A DNA stretch of 64,000 bases from an uncultured Clostridia bacterium (GTDB lineage Bacteria; Bacillota; Clostridia; TANB77; CAG-508). Positions 52,776 through 62,284 of the stretch are shown here, piece by piece. The stretch spans positions 1,988-65,987 of the forward strand of contig CALXQH010000043.1 of the NCBI GenBank assembly GCA_944390525.1, in the 5' to 3' direction. Numbering within the stretch: position 1 is the stretch's first letter; every line of letters begins with the position of its first letter. The notes beneath the pieces were generated by a model, which saw nothing but the letters and a program-made list of their open reading frames with translations, ran no database searches and was not told the origin of the DNA. A program made the position numbers and the translations under genes.

Positions 52776-54983
52776 ATGAAAAATATTATATTAGTAATAG
52801 AAGGAATGACTTGTAGTGCTTGCTCTAATGGATTAGAGAAATATTTAAATAAACAAAATGGAGTAATAAATGCAAATGTAAATCTTGTAATGGCAAATGC
52901 AAATATTGATTATGATGAAAATATCTTAGACCAAGAAAAAATTGAAAAATATGTAAAACAAGCAGGATTTAAAAGTGGAGGAATTTTTAAAGAATTTAAA
53001 ATTGAAAAAGAAAATAAAACTGAAAAAATAAAATTTATAGTATTTTCAATATTAGCAATAATTCTAATGTATATATCAATGGGACACATGATAAATTTGC
53101 CGCTTCTTGCAGTATTTAATTCACGTACAAACCCTATTATTTATACAAGTTCATTATTTATATTAACAGTTCCATTTTTAATTTACGGATATGATATTTT
53201 AAAAAATGGATATAAAAATTTAATACACAAAATTCCAAATATGGATACATTAGTATCAATAGGGGTAATTAGTAGTTTTATATATAGCTTATATGGAATG
53301 TTTAAAATAATAAAAGGTGATTATAGCTATATAATGAGTTTATATTTTGAATCATCAGCTATAATAATTTATTTTGTGAAACTTGGAAGATATCTAGATG
53401 GCGTTAATAAAGATAAAACCAAAGAAGCAATAAAAAAATTAGTGGAGATAACGCCAAGTAAAGCTACTATTGAAATAAATGGAAAAGAAAAAGAAATAAC
53501 TTTAGATGAAATAAAGAAAGATAATATATTAATAAGTAAACCAGGAGAAAAAATAGCGGTTGATGGTGAAATAATAGAGGGTAAAGCACATCTAGACGAA
53601 TCTTTTATTACAGGAGAAAGCAAACCGATAATGAAAAAAGATGGAGAAAAAGTTATTGCAGGGAGCCTTAATTATGACGGATTCATAAAATATAAAGCAG
53701 AAAAGATAGGCAAAGAGTCAACTATATCAGAAATAATCAGATTAGTTATAGAAGCAAGCAATACCAAATCACCAATAGCAAAAATTGCAGATAAAATTTC
53801 AGGATATTTTGTACCAACTGTATTAGCTATATCAATAGTAACATTAGTTGTATATTTATTGTTAGGTTTTAATTTATCTACTGCTATTTCAACATTTGTT
53901 ACAATACTCGTAGTAGCTTGTCCATGCAGTTTAGGATTAGCTACACCACTTGCTATAGTTGTAAGTGAGGGTATATGTCTTAGCAATGGAATATTAGTGA
54001 AGAAAAGTGAAATATTAGAAACGGCCTCAAAAATAAATACTATAGTTTTTGACAAAACAGGAACATTAACTTATGGAAAACTTAAAATTTTCAAGATATA
54101 TAATTATAGTAATCTTAAAAATAAAGAACTTTTGCAGATAGTAGGAAGTATAGAAGTAAAGTCAACGCATCCAATTGGAAAAGCTTTTTCAGACTATATT
54201 AATGAAAATAAACAAGTTAAATTAGTGGTAAATAACTTTGAAAATATGACAGGATATGGTATTATAGGAGAAATTCAAAATCAAAAGTATATATTAGGTA
54301 ATAGAAAAATAGTAGAAAAATTTTCCATTGCAAATACTCATATAGAAGATGAGAAAGAATTAACGGCAAAAGGAAATAGTATTATTTATGTTATTAAAAA
54401 TGAAGAAATAATAGCTTTAATTGGAGTAAATGATATTGTAAGAAAAAATGCTAAGGAAACTATAAAAAAATTAAATCAAAAGAATATTAAAACTATTATG
54501 CTCACAGGAGATAATAAAGAAACAGCTGAAAATATAGGAAAAGAAATAGGAATTTCAGAAATTATTTCTAATGTATTACCATCAAAAAAAGCAGAAATAA
54601 TAAAGAAGTTAAGAAAAGAAAATAAAAAAGTAATGATGTGCGGAGATGGAATAAATGATAGCCCAGCTTTAGCAAATAGTGATATTGGAGTAAGTGTAAA
54701 GAGTGGAACAGATATAGCAATAGATTCTGCTGATGTAATACTAATTAAAAATGACTTAAATTCTATTTTAAAATTGATAAATATAAGTGAAAATACAGTA
54801 AGAAATATAAAACAAAATTTATTTTGGGCATTTTTCTATAATGTATTAATGATACCTATAGGAATGGGAATATTAAGGCCAATAGGAATTTCAATAAATC
54901 CGATGATTGCTAGCCTAGCGATGATATTTAGTAGCCTTACTGTTATTACAAATGCTCTAAGTTTAAAAAAGTTAAATCTATAG
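52776..54983 (+). CDS. copA: Cu+-exporting P1B-type ATPase
   Basis: N-terminal HMA GMTCSACS, the CPC motif in TM6, DKTGT, YN and MxxSS in TM7/8, and GDGINDSPAL. Confidence 0.85.
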   Translation: MKNIILVIEGMTCSACSNGLEKYLNKQNGVINANVNLVMANANIDYDENILDQEKIEKYVKQAGFKSGGIFKEFKIEKENKTEKIKFIVFSILAIILMYISMGHMINLPLLAVFNSRTNPIIYTSSLFILTVPFLIYGYDILKNGYKNLIHKIPNMDTLVSIGVISSFIYSLYGMFKIIKGDYSYIMSLYFESSAIIIYFVKLGRYLDGVNKDKTKEAIKKLVEITPSKATIEINGKEKEITLDEIKKDNILISKPGEKIAVDGEIIEGKAHLDESFITGESKPIMKKDGEKVIAGSLNYDGFIKYKAEKIGKESTISEIIRLVIEASNTKSPIAKIADKISGYFVPTVLAISIVTLVVYLLLGFNLSTAISTFVTILVVACPCSLGLATPLAIVVSEGICLSNGILVKKSEILETASKINTIVFDKTGTLTYGKLKIFKIYNYSNLKNKELLQIVGSIEVKSTHPIGKAFSDYINENKQVKLVVNNFENMTGYGIIGEIQNQKYILGNRKIVEKFSIANTHIEDEKELTAKGNSIIYVIKNEEIIALIGVNDIVRKNAKETIKKLNQKNIKTIMLTGDNKETAENIGKEIGISEIISNVLPSKKAEIIKKLRKENKKVMMCGDGINDSPALANSDIGVSVKSGTDIAIDSADVILIKNDLNSILKLINISENTVRNIKQNLFWAFFYNVLMIPIGMGILRPIGISINPMIASLAMIFSSLTVITNALSLKKLNL

Positions 54984-55010
54984 AATTTAAAAATAGAAAT
55001 AAATTAAATT

Positions 55011-55517
55011 ATGAATTTTATTAAAATATTTGACTTAAAGTATACTTTTATTAAAGCCACAGTTACATCTACAATGTACGATATGACAAGAGTAAATGCT
55101 AATGGATATTTTGATAAAGGCGATAACGAAGAAACGCGATATCAAATGAAAAAAGCATTAAATGAGGAAAGAATAAGAGATTATAAAAATAATTCTTATG
55201 AAAGAGCTGATGGTTGCTTAGAATTACCTGTTCCAGATAATGTACCATTTTTCGTTAAAGATTATAGTGAGTATTATAAAGGTAGATGTTATCATAAGAG
55301 AAGTTTAAATTCTAATGAAGGGTGGAACAAAACTGGATATATGTCTTTTATAAATCAACCAATACTAAAATATAGTAATGAAATTAGAAGTGCTGTTTTA
55401 ATGATTCATGGAGAAAAAGCGCACTTTTGCTATTTTAGTAAAGATGCGTATAGAAATATGATAAAAGGTAGTAAATATACACATAATAAAGAATTATTGA
55501 ATAAGGAAAAAAATTAG
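55011..55517 (+). CDS. Hypothetical protein, possibly a gene remnant
   Basis: It has no SD. The C-terminal LMIHGEKAHF resembles the catalytic-His region of an alpha/beta hydrolase. Confidence 0.3.
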   Translation: MNFIKIFDLKYTFIKATVTSTMYDMTRVNANGYFDKGDNEETRYQMKKALNEERIRDYKNNSYERADGCLELPVPDNVPFFVKDYSEYYKGRCYHKRSLNSNEGWNKTGYMSFINQPILKYSNEIRSAVLMIHGEKAHFCYFSKDAYRNMIKGSKYTHNKELLNKEKN

Positions 55518-55531
55518 GAGAAAAAGCTTAA

Positions 55532-56071
55532 ATGAGAAAAAAGATAATTATAATAACTATAATATCAAGTATTATTATTATGGTAGGAATATCTGTGAAG
55601 AATTTGATGGATAATAAAAAAGATAAAGAAAATATTCTTATAGAAGATACATATTCTAATAATAGTAATGATGAAAATGAAGAAATAATAAATGATGAGG
55701 AGAAAAATAAAATTATGCAATTGTATTTAAAAATTAATAATAGAACTTTAACAGTATTATTAGAAAATAATTCATCAGTAGATGCATTAATAGATAAATT
55801 AAAACAAAATGATATTACAATAAATATGAGAGATTATGCTAATTTTGAAAAAGTAGGAGAGCTAGAATTTGAATTACCACGAAATGATAAACAGATTACA
55901 ACACAAGCAGGAGATATAATTTTATACCAAGGAAATTCAATAACTATTTATTATGACGTTAATAGTTGGAGTTTTACAAAGTTAGGGAAAATACAAAAAA
56001 TTACTCAAGATGAATTAAAAGATATATTAGGTACAGGGAACGTAATAGTTACATTTTCTTTAAAAAAATAA
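55532..56071 (+). CDS. Hypothetical N-terminally anchored extracytoplasmic protein (179 aa)
   Basis: Signal/TM segment with RBS ggag. No assignable motifs. Confidence 0.35.
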   Translation: MRKKIIIITIISSIIIMVGISVKNLMDNKKDKENILIEDTYSNNSNDENEEIINDEEKNKIMQLYLKINNRTLTVLLENNSSVDALIDKLKQNDITINMRDYANFEKVGELEFELPRNDKQITTQAGDIILYQGNSITIYYDVNSWSFTKLGKIQKITQDELKDILGTGNVIVTFSLKK

Positions 56072-56164
56072 ATTATTTAACACTCTCTTTTAAGAAAGAA
56101 CTTTACAAAATGATTATGGAATAATATAATACAGTTGTAAATATCTTTATGGAGGAATTTAAAA

Positions 56165-56731
56165 ATGAGAAAAAACATTAAAACATCTGAAGCAATATTT
56201 CCTATGCCTGTATTAATGATAGCAACATATAATGAAGATGGAAGTATTGATGTAATGAATGCAGCCTGGGGAACAATGTTAAGTAAAAATCAAGTAATAT
56301 TAAATTTAACAGAAACACATAAGACTGTTAAAAATATTAAAACAAGAAAAGCATTTACTGTTAGTATTGCTGATAGTAAACATGTTGTAGAAGCAGATTA
56401 TTTTGGAATAGTGTCGGCCAATAATACTCATAATAAATTTGAAAATAGTGGATTAACAGCAACAAAATCAGAAAATGTAGACGCACCGATTATAAACGAA
56501 TTTCCTATTTGTCTTGAGTGTGAATTTATAGAATACCAAGCTGATGAATATGGATGTGGAGTAATAGGAAAAGTAGTAAATGTAACTGCAGATGAAAATG
56601 TAATGAATGGAGAAAATGTTGATATTGAATTAGTTAATGCTATTACATTTGATCCATATACTCATGGATATTATAAAGTTACTGAAAGAGTTGGAAATGC
56701 CTTTAAAGACGGGCTACAACTAAAAAAATAG
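56165..56731 (+). CDS. Flavin reductase-like FMN-binding protein
   Basis: N-terminal MPVLMIATYNEDGSIDVMNAAWG is typical of the flavin reductase-like domain. Confidence 0.65.
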   Translation: MRKNIKTSEAIFPMPVLMIATYNEDGSIDVMNAAWGTMLSKNQVILNLTETHKTVKNIKTRKAFTVSIADSKHVVEADYFGIVSANNTHNKFENSGLTATKSENVDAPIINEFPICLECEFIEYQADEYGCGVIGKVVNVTADENVMNGENVDIELVNAITFDPYTHGYYKVTERVGNAFKDGLQLKK

Positions 56732-56741
56732 TAATGAAATT

Positions 56742-56778
56742 AAAAGACAGATAGTTTATTGAAAATTATCTGTCTTTT
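56742..56778 (+). terminator. Rho-independent terminator
   Basis: aaaagacagata...tatctgtctttt. Confidence 0.7.
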
Positions 56779-56917
56779 AATATATAATCAAAACAATAAT
56801 TAGTGCAATATATTAAAAAATACAAATGATGATAAGAAATATAACAACATAACTATTTAGAGATAATTAATATCAATTAGTATTAAAAATGCATATTATA
56901 ATTTAGGAGGGATAAAA

Positions 56918-57427
56918 ATGTATTCAGATTATTATAATATGTATAATCAATATTATGGCTTTAATGACCAAAATTATAGAAGTAATGAGAATCAAACGAG
57001 TAATGAAGAAATAATTACTTTAAATCAAGCTATAGACTTAATTAGACAATCTGTAGAAAATGAAAAAGAAGATGAGATGTTTTATGATACTATAATAAAA
57101 CAAGCACCAACAGAAAAAGAAAAAGACATAATAAGAAGTATTAGAGATGATGAAAAAAAACATAATCAAATTTTAAGAAAATTATATTATGAATTTACAG
57201 GACAGATACTACCAGTAGATACTTTAGCAAACGAATTAAATAATATTATGGACTACAAATTGAATTTAGAAAAAGCTTTATTTGGTGAATTAGATGCAGT
57301 AGTAAAATATAGAAAAATAATGGGAACAATGCCAAGTGGTAGTAGTTATACATTACTTATGTCTATTATGACAGATGAGCTAAGACATGCAAATAAATAT
57401 AATTTTTTAATACACAATGCAAAATAG
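56918..57427 (+). CDS. Ferritin-like / rubrerythrin-type four-helix-bundle protein with a Tyr-rich N-terminus. Possibly a spore coat protein.
   Basis: ExxH-like pairs (EKEDEMFYD...EKKHNQ, ELDAVVKY...DELRHA) and the N-terminal YSDYYNMYNQYYG. Confidence 0.45.
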   Translation: MYSDYYNMYNQYYGFNDQNYRSNENQTSNEEIITLNQAIDLIRQSVENEKEDEMFYDTIIKQAPTEKEKDIIRSIRDDEKKHNQILRKLYYEFTGQILPVDTLANELNNIMDYKLNLEKALFGELDAVVKYRKIMGTMPSGSSYTLLMSIMTDELRHANKYNFLIHNAK

Positions 57428-57464
57428 AAACTTAAATAGAATATAAAAATGCATTGTAGCATTA

Positions 57465-57494
57465 CCCAGTGTCTAAAAACACTGGTTTTTCTTT
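57465..57494 (+). terminator. Rho-independent terminator
   Basis: ccagtgt-ctaaaa-acactgg followed by tttttctttt. Confidence 0.7.
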
Positions 57495-57528
57495 TGATTA
57501 AAACAAGATATATTATATCACTTTATAT

Positions 57529-57557
57529 TTGCATTTTTTTCATTATTCTATTATAAT
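57529..57557 (+). promoter_or_regulatory. Sigma-A promoter for the NDT-like/MTase/nuclease operon
   Basis: TTGCAT, 17 nt spacer, TATAAT, located 31 nt upstream of the ATG. Confidence 0.45.
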
Positions 57558-57588
57558 ATAAACATATATTAATTGGGAGAAATTAAAA

Positions 57589-58011
57589 ATGAAAATATTA
57601 ATTATTTGTAGTAAAAAATTTTATTCAAAAATAGAAGAAATTAAATATAAATTAGAGAAAGCAGGCCACATTATATATTTACCAAACTGTTATGATGATC
57701 CGTCAACTGAAGAAAAAATGAAAAGTTTGGGAAAAAAGGAACACCAATTATTTAAGGCAAAAATGTTTAAACAAAGTGAAAATACCATAAAAGAAATGGA
57801 CGCTGTATTAGTTTTAAACTTTAACAAAGAAAAAAATGGTATAATTTATGAAAATTATATAGGTGGAGCAACATTTTTAGAAATGTATGATGCTTTTAAA
57901 AATAATAAAAAAATATTTTTATATAATGATATTCCTGAAGGAATGTTGTTTGATGAAATAGAAGGTTTTGCACCTATAATAATAAATGGTAATTTAAACA
58001 ATGTTAAATAA
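57589..58011 (+). CDS. Small protein resembling nucleoside 2-deoxyribosyltransferase, copy 2. First gene of the operon with the MTase.
   Basis: About 55% aa identity to copy 1. Blocks ILIICSKKFY, MDAVLVLNF and GGATFLEMYDAF. Confidence 0.45.
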   Translation: MKILIICSKKFYSKIEEIKYKLEKAGHIIYLPNCYDDPSTEEKMKSLGKKEHQLFKAKMFKQSENTIKEMDAVLVLNFNKEKNGIIYENYIGGATFLEMYDAFKNNKKIFLYNDIPEGMLFDEIEGFAPIIINGNLNNVK

Positions 58012-58035
58012 TAAACATAATTCAAAGGAGAAACT

Positions 58036-59250
58036 ATGAACAACGAAATTTACATAGGAGACAATTATGACGTTTTATCTAATAAGAAATTTAGAGATAA
58101 ATATATAAATAAATTAAAATTGATTTATATAGATCCTCCATACAATACCTTAAATCAAAAGTCTTATAAAGATAAAACAGATAGTAACTATTGGGCTGAA
58201 TTTATTGAATGTAGATTGCAGCTTTCTAAAGATTTACTAAAAGAAGATGGAGTAATTTTTATTAGTATTGATGATAATGAGTTTGCTTCTTTAAGAATTA
58301 TTTGTGATAAAATTTTTGGTAAAGAAAATTTTGTGGGAACGTTTATAACCCAACAAGCACAAAGAAGTAATGCAAAATACATTAATACGGTACATGAATA
58401 TATAATTTGTTTTGCTAAAAACAAAAAAAAGCTTCAAAAGTTTCAAGTAAATAGAATGGAAATACCAGAAGACAATAAAATGATTACAAAACTTAAGACA
58501 GAAATAAAAGAAATATATAATACCGAAGGATATAAAGAGGCCAATAAAAAAATTAAAGATATTATAAAAAATTATTGTGAAGAATATGGTATTTCATGGT
58601 TACGAAATTATTCAAATGTAGACGAAAATGGAAGAATATATTTTGCTGTTGATTTATCTACACCTAGTAATCCACGAGAAGTAAATATTCCTGAAATAGG
58701 TTTAAAACTAGATCCTTTACAAACAAGAGGTTGGATAAGTGATAAAAGATTTATAGAATTATTCAATAAAAAAAGGTTATGTTTTAAGGGAAATAGACCA
58801 TATTCAAAATTATACATAGAAGAAGCAATGGATAATGCTCCATCTATACTAAAATTTTACTCACGTCATGGAACAAATGATTTAAAAAAGTTAGGATTAG
58901 ATGATTTATTTGATACACCTAAACCTGTAGAACTAATAAAATTTCTAATTAGAATTTCTACAAAACCGGAAGACATTGTTTTAGATTTTTTTGCTGGTTC
59001 TGGAACAACTGCACAAGCTGTTTACGAATTAAATTCAGAAGAAAACAGAAATAATAGTTATATTTTAGTACAAATAGACGAAAAAATAGATTCTAAAACC
59101 TCAGTCTACAAAAAATGTAAAGAATTAAAAATAACCCCAAGCATGAAAAATATATTAACATACAGAATAGATACTTTTTTAAAAAAACAAAATATAAAAA
59201 AAGATTATACTTTATATGAAGAAATGGAAGAGAAAATAAATGAACAATGA
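58036..59250 (+). CDS. Beta-class DNA methyltransferase (N6-adenine or N4-cytosine, PF01555-like)
   Basis: Motif IV IDPPYNT lies upstream of motif I FFAGSGTTAQA, the circular permutation typical of the beta class. An insert of about 250 aa between them is a likely TRD. Confidence 0.8.
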   Translation: MNNEIYIGDNYDVLSNKKFRDKYINKLKLIYIDPPYNTLNQKSYKDKTDSNYWAEFIECRLQLSKDLLKEDGVIFISIDDNEFASLRIICDKIFGKENFVGTFITQQAQRSNAKYINTVHEYIICFAKNKKKLQKFQVNRMEIPEDNKMITKLKTEIKEIYNTEGYKEANKKIKDIIKNYCEEYGISWLRNYSNVDENGRIYFAVDLSTPSNPREVNIPEIGLKLDPLQTRGWISDKRFIELFNKKRLCFKGNRPYSKLYIEEAMDNAPSILKFYSRHGTNDLKKLGLDDLFDTPKPVELIKFLIRISTKPEDIVLDFFAGSGTTAQAVYELNSEENRNNSYILVQIDEKIDSKTSVYKKCKELKITPSMKNILTYRIDTFLKKQNIKKDYTLYEEMEEKINEQ

Positions 59251-59899
59251 AGATTTAAAATTATTTGAAAAAGGAAATTATCAAAATATTAATCAAAATT
59301 TTATAGAAGAAGGAAAAACAGTTTTACAAGAATTGCAAAAAGTACAAGAAAAATATGATAAACTTGATACAGATACTTTTATAAATGAACTTAGAGATTC
59401 AATAGCAGGTTATACTTTAGGTTTTAACCTAGTTAATGTAGAAAAACATGGTTTTGACTGTAAGAGTAATAATTTATATTTAGAAGTTAAATCTGCAAGC
59501 TTTTCTTCAGAATCTTGGCAAGCAACATTTAATGATACAACATTAGAAAAAGCAGAAGCGTTTAAAGATAAGAAAGTATTTTTAGCTTTAGCAGTTTGGA
59601 AAGGTGCAAGTGATCTACTATTTATTTGTTATGGTCAAAATGAAAAAATAGGAAAATTTTTAGAAAAAAAAGTAAAATGGTTTAAAGATGGAAATACTGT
59701 TAGAAGTACTCAATCTATACCTTTAACAAAATTAGTATTTGATTATGGCTTTAATATATTAGCTGTTAATAGATCAAAAAAAGAAATACTTTCTATGCTT
59801 AAAAATAAAAATACAAAATTTAAAAAATTACAAGAAGATGACATTATAAGTATTGAAGAATTTAATGTATTTAAGATAAAGGATGTGGTACAATGTTAG
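59240..59899 (+). CDS. Candidate PD-(D/E)xK nuclease (putative restriction endonuclease partner)
   Basis: GFD-x10-EVK arrangement (D...E-x-K). It overlaps the MTase by 11 nt. Its stop overlaps the prfB start (ATGTTAG). Confidence 0.4.
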   Translation: MNNEDLKLFEKGNYQNINQNFIEEGKTVLQELQKVQEKYDKLDTDTFINELRDSIAGYTLGFNLVNVEKHGFDCKSNNLYLEVKSASFSSESWQATFNDTTLEKAEAFKDKKVFLALAVWKGASDLLFICYGQNEKIGKFLEKKVKWFKDGNTVRSTQSIPLTKLVFDYGFNILAVNRSKKEILSMLKNKNTKFKKLQEDDIISIEEFNVFKIKDVVQC

Positions 59900-61003
59900 A
59901 ATTAGAAGAAAATTTGAAGAGCCTACAGGAATTTAAAAAGCGTTTAGAACAAATAGGTGATTCACTTTGATGTAAATTATAAGGAACAAGAATTAAAAAA
60001 ATTAGAACAATTAACAACACAAAATAATTTTTGGAATGATATTAATAATAGTTCTAAAATTTTAAAACAAATAAATAGCTTAAAATCTAAATTAGAAGAA
60101 TATAGAAAGTTAAATGTACAACTTAATAATTTAATTGATATTAATAATCTTTTACAAATGGAATTAGATGTAGATTTATTTAAAGAGTTATTAAAATCTA
60201 CAACTATTTTAGAAAAAGATATAGAAAAATTAGAAATAACAACATTATTACATGGTAAATATGATTATAATAATGCCATTATAACAATTCATCCGGGTGC
60301 AGGAGGAACAGAAGCTCAAGATTGGGCAGAGATGCTTTATAGAATGTATTCAAGATGGGCAAACAATAATGGCTATCAAATAAAAGAACTAGACTATCTT
60401 GAAGGAGATGAAGCTGGCCTTAAAAGTGTTACTTTTAGTATTAATGGAGCATATGCATATGGCTATCTTAAGGGAGAAATGGGAGTTCATCGTTTAGTTA
60501 GAATTTCTCCTTTTGATGCTGGAGGGAGAAGACATACATCATTTGCTTCTATAGAGGTTCTACCAGAAATAACAGAAGATATTGAAATAGAAATTAATCC
60601 AGATGATTTAAGAATTGATACATACCGTGCTTCAGGTGCAGGAGGGCAACATATAAATAAAACATCTTCTGCTATTAGAATTACACATATACCTACAAAT
60701 ATAGTAGTTTCCTGTCAATCAGAACGTTCTCAAATACAAAACCGAGAAACTGCAATGAAAATGCTTAAATCAAAATTATTAAATTTAAAAGAGCAAGAAC
60801 AAAAAAATACTATTGATGAACTAAAAGGAATTCAAATGGATATTGCTTGGGGAAGTCAAATTCGTTCGTATATATTCTGCCCATATACCTTAGTAAAAGA
60901 TCATAGAACGAACTATGAAGTAGGAAATGTACAGGCGGTAATGGATGGAGAAATAAATGGATTTATTGATAGTTATTTAAAACATAATTTAGAAAAATCT
61001 TAG
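59893..61003 (+). CDS. prfB: Peptide chain release factor 2, with the programmed +1 frameshift at codon 26
   Basis: Frame 0 reads MLELEENLKSLQEFKKRLEQIGDSL then UGA. The +1 frame continues DVNYKEQELKKLEQ... The GGQ motif SGAGGQHINKT and SPF-like region are present. Confidence 0.85.
59951..59972 (+). promoter_or_regulatory. prfB autoregulatory +1 frameshift site
   Basis: SD-like AGGUGA lies 3 nt upstream of the CUU UGA U slippery/stop context, as in E. coli prfB (AGGGGG..CUU UGA C). Confidence 0.8.
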
Positions 61004-61034
61004 AAGAGTATTGTTAATATAATACTCTTTTTTA
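61004..61034 (+). terminator. Rho-independent terminator after prfB
   Basis: aagagtatt...aatactctt followed by T6. Confidence 0.6.
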
Positions 61035-61095
61035 TGTTCTAAATAAGACAAGGCTTGAATATATATTATATATACTAATTTTAAGGAGTGATTTT

Positions 61096-61398
61096 ATGCC
61101 TATAGATGATAGAAAAAATATGTCTACAATGGCAAATGTAATTCAAAATATTATTTTAGAAAACAGAGAAAAACTTAATATAACTGGTGTATTAGATGTA
61201 CTTAGTTTTGATGACCAGATTGTTATTTTAGAAACAGAACTTGGACTTCTTACTGTTAAAGGGGAAAATTTAAGAATAAATAAATTAAGTTTAGATACTT
61301 CTGAAGTTACAATAGATGGAGAAATATATCAATTAGCATACAGTGAAAAAAATAGTATAGAAAAAGGTGGAGGATTACTAAATAAAATTTTCAAATAA
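61096..61398 (+). CDS. yabP: Sporulation protein YabP
   Basis: 100 aa with the characteristic LNITGVLDVLSFDDQIVILETELGLLTVKGENLRI. Confidence 0.75.
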   Translation: MPIDDRKNMSTMANVIQNIILENREKLNITGVLDVLSFDDQIVILETELGLLTVKGENLRINKLSLDTSEVTIDGEIYQLAYSEKNSIEKGGGLLNKIFK

Positions 61399-61464
61399 TA
61401 GTAATATTCAACAAATTATGCTTCTTTAAAGCAAAATTCGCTAATTGAAAGGAAGGAGACAAAT

Positions 61465-61884
61465 TTGGAAGAAGTATATAATCAGCTGTTTTGTTTACTG
61501 GTATTTTTTATTACAGGAATTACAATTGGAGTTTTATTTGATATCTTTAGAATTCTAAGAAAAAGCTTTAAAACATTAGATTTTATAACATATATAGAAG
61601 ATATTTTATTTTGGGTTTTAAGTGGTAGCATAATATTATTTTCTATTTTTAAATTTAATGATGGACAAATTAGAAGTTATGTTATAATAGGAATATTTTT
61701 TGGAATTTTTATATACATAATTACAATTAGTAAAATTATTATAAAGTATAGTGTTATGATAATAAAATGGTTTAAAGAAATCATTTCTTATCCAATACAT
61801 ATAGTTACAAATATTATAAAAAATATAATTGTTAAACCAATACAATTAATATTAAAAAACTTAAAAATACAAAAAAACAAATAA
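61465..61884 (+). CDS. yabQ: Spore cortex biosynthesis membrane protein YabQ
   Basis: 139 aa with 3-4 TM helices. Its position after yabP matches the conserved yabP-yabQ-divIC synteny. Confidence 0.6.
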   Translation: MEEVYNQLFCLLVFFITGITIGVLFDIFRILRKSFKTLDFITYIEDILFWVLSGSIILFSIFKFNDGQIRSYVIIGIFFGIFIYIITISKIIIKYSVMIIKWFKEIISYPIHIVTNIIKNIIVKPIQLILKNLKIQKNK

Positions 61885-62002
61885 AAATACAAAAAAGTCA
61901 AAGAAAATTAGAAAGAAAAGAAGGAATTTTGTAAAAAATGTAGAAAAAATAAATATAATATGCTATAATTTATAAGAATTTAATAAGGAAAGAAAAATAC
62001 AT

Positions 62003-62284
62003 ATGAAAAATAAAAACTTTAAAATAACATTAAAACGTTTATTATTTATTGCTATAGCTTTTTATGTTGTATATACCTTTTTAATACAGCAAAAACAGTT
62101 AAATGCATATAAATCAGATGCAGATAGATACTCAGAACAAATTGCTATTGAACAAGAAAAAAAAGCAGAATTAACTCAAACTAAAGAAAATATAAATTCA
62201 AAAGAGTACATTGAAGAAATAGCACGAGAAAAATTGGATATGTATCTACCAAATGAAAAAGTATATATAGATATCAGCAAATAA
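62003..62284 (+). CDS. divIC: Septum formation initiator (FtsB/DivIC family)
   Basis: N-terminal TM helix, a coiled coil, and the C-terminal EEIAREKLDMY motif. Confidence 0.7.
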   Translation: MKNKNFKITLKRLLFIAIAFYVVYTFLIQQKQLNAYKSDADRYSEQIAIEQEKKAELTQTKENINSKEYIEEIAREKLDMYLPNEKVYIDISK

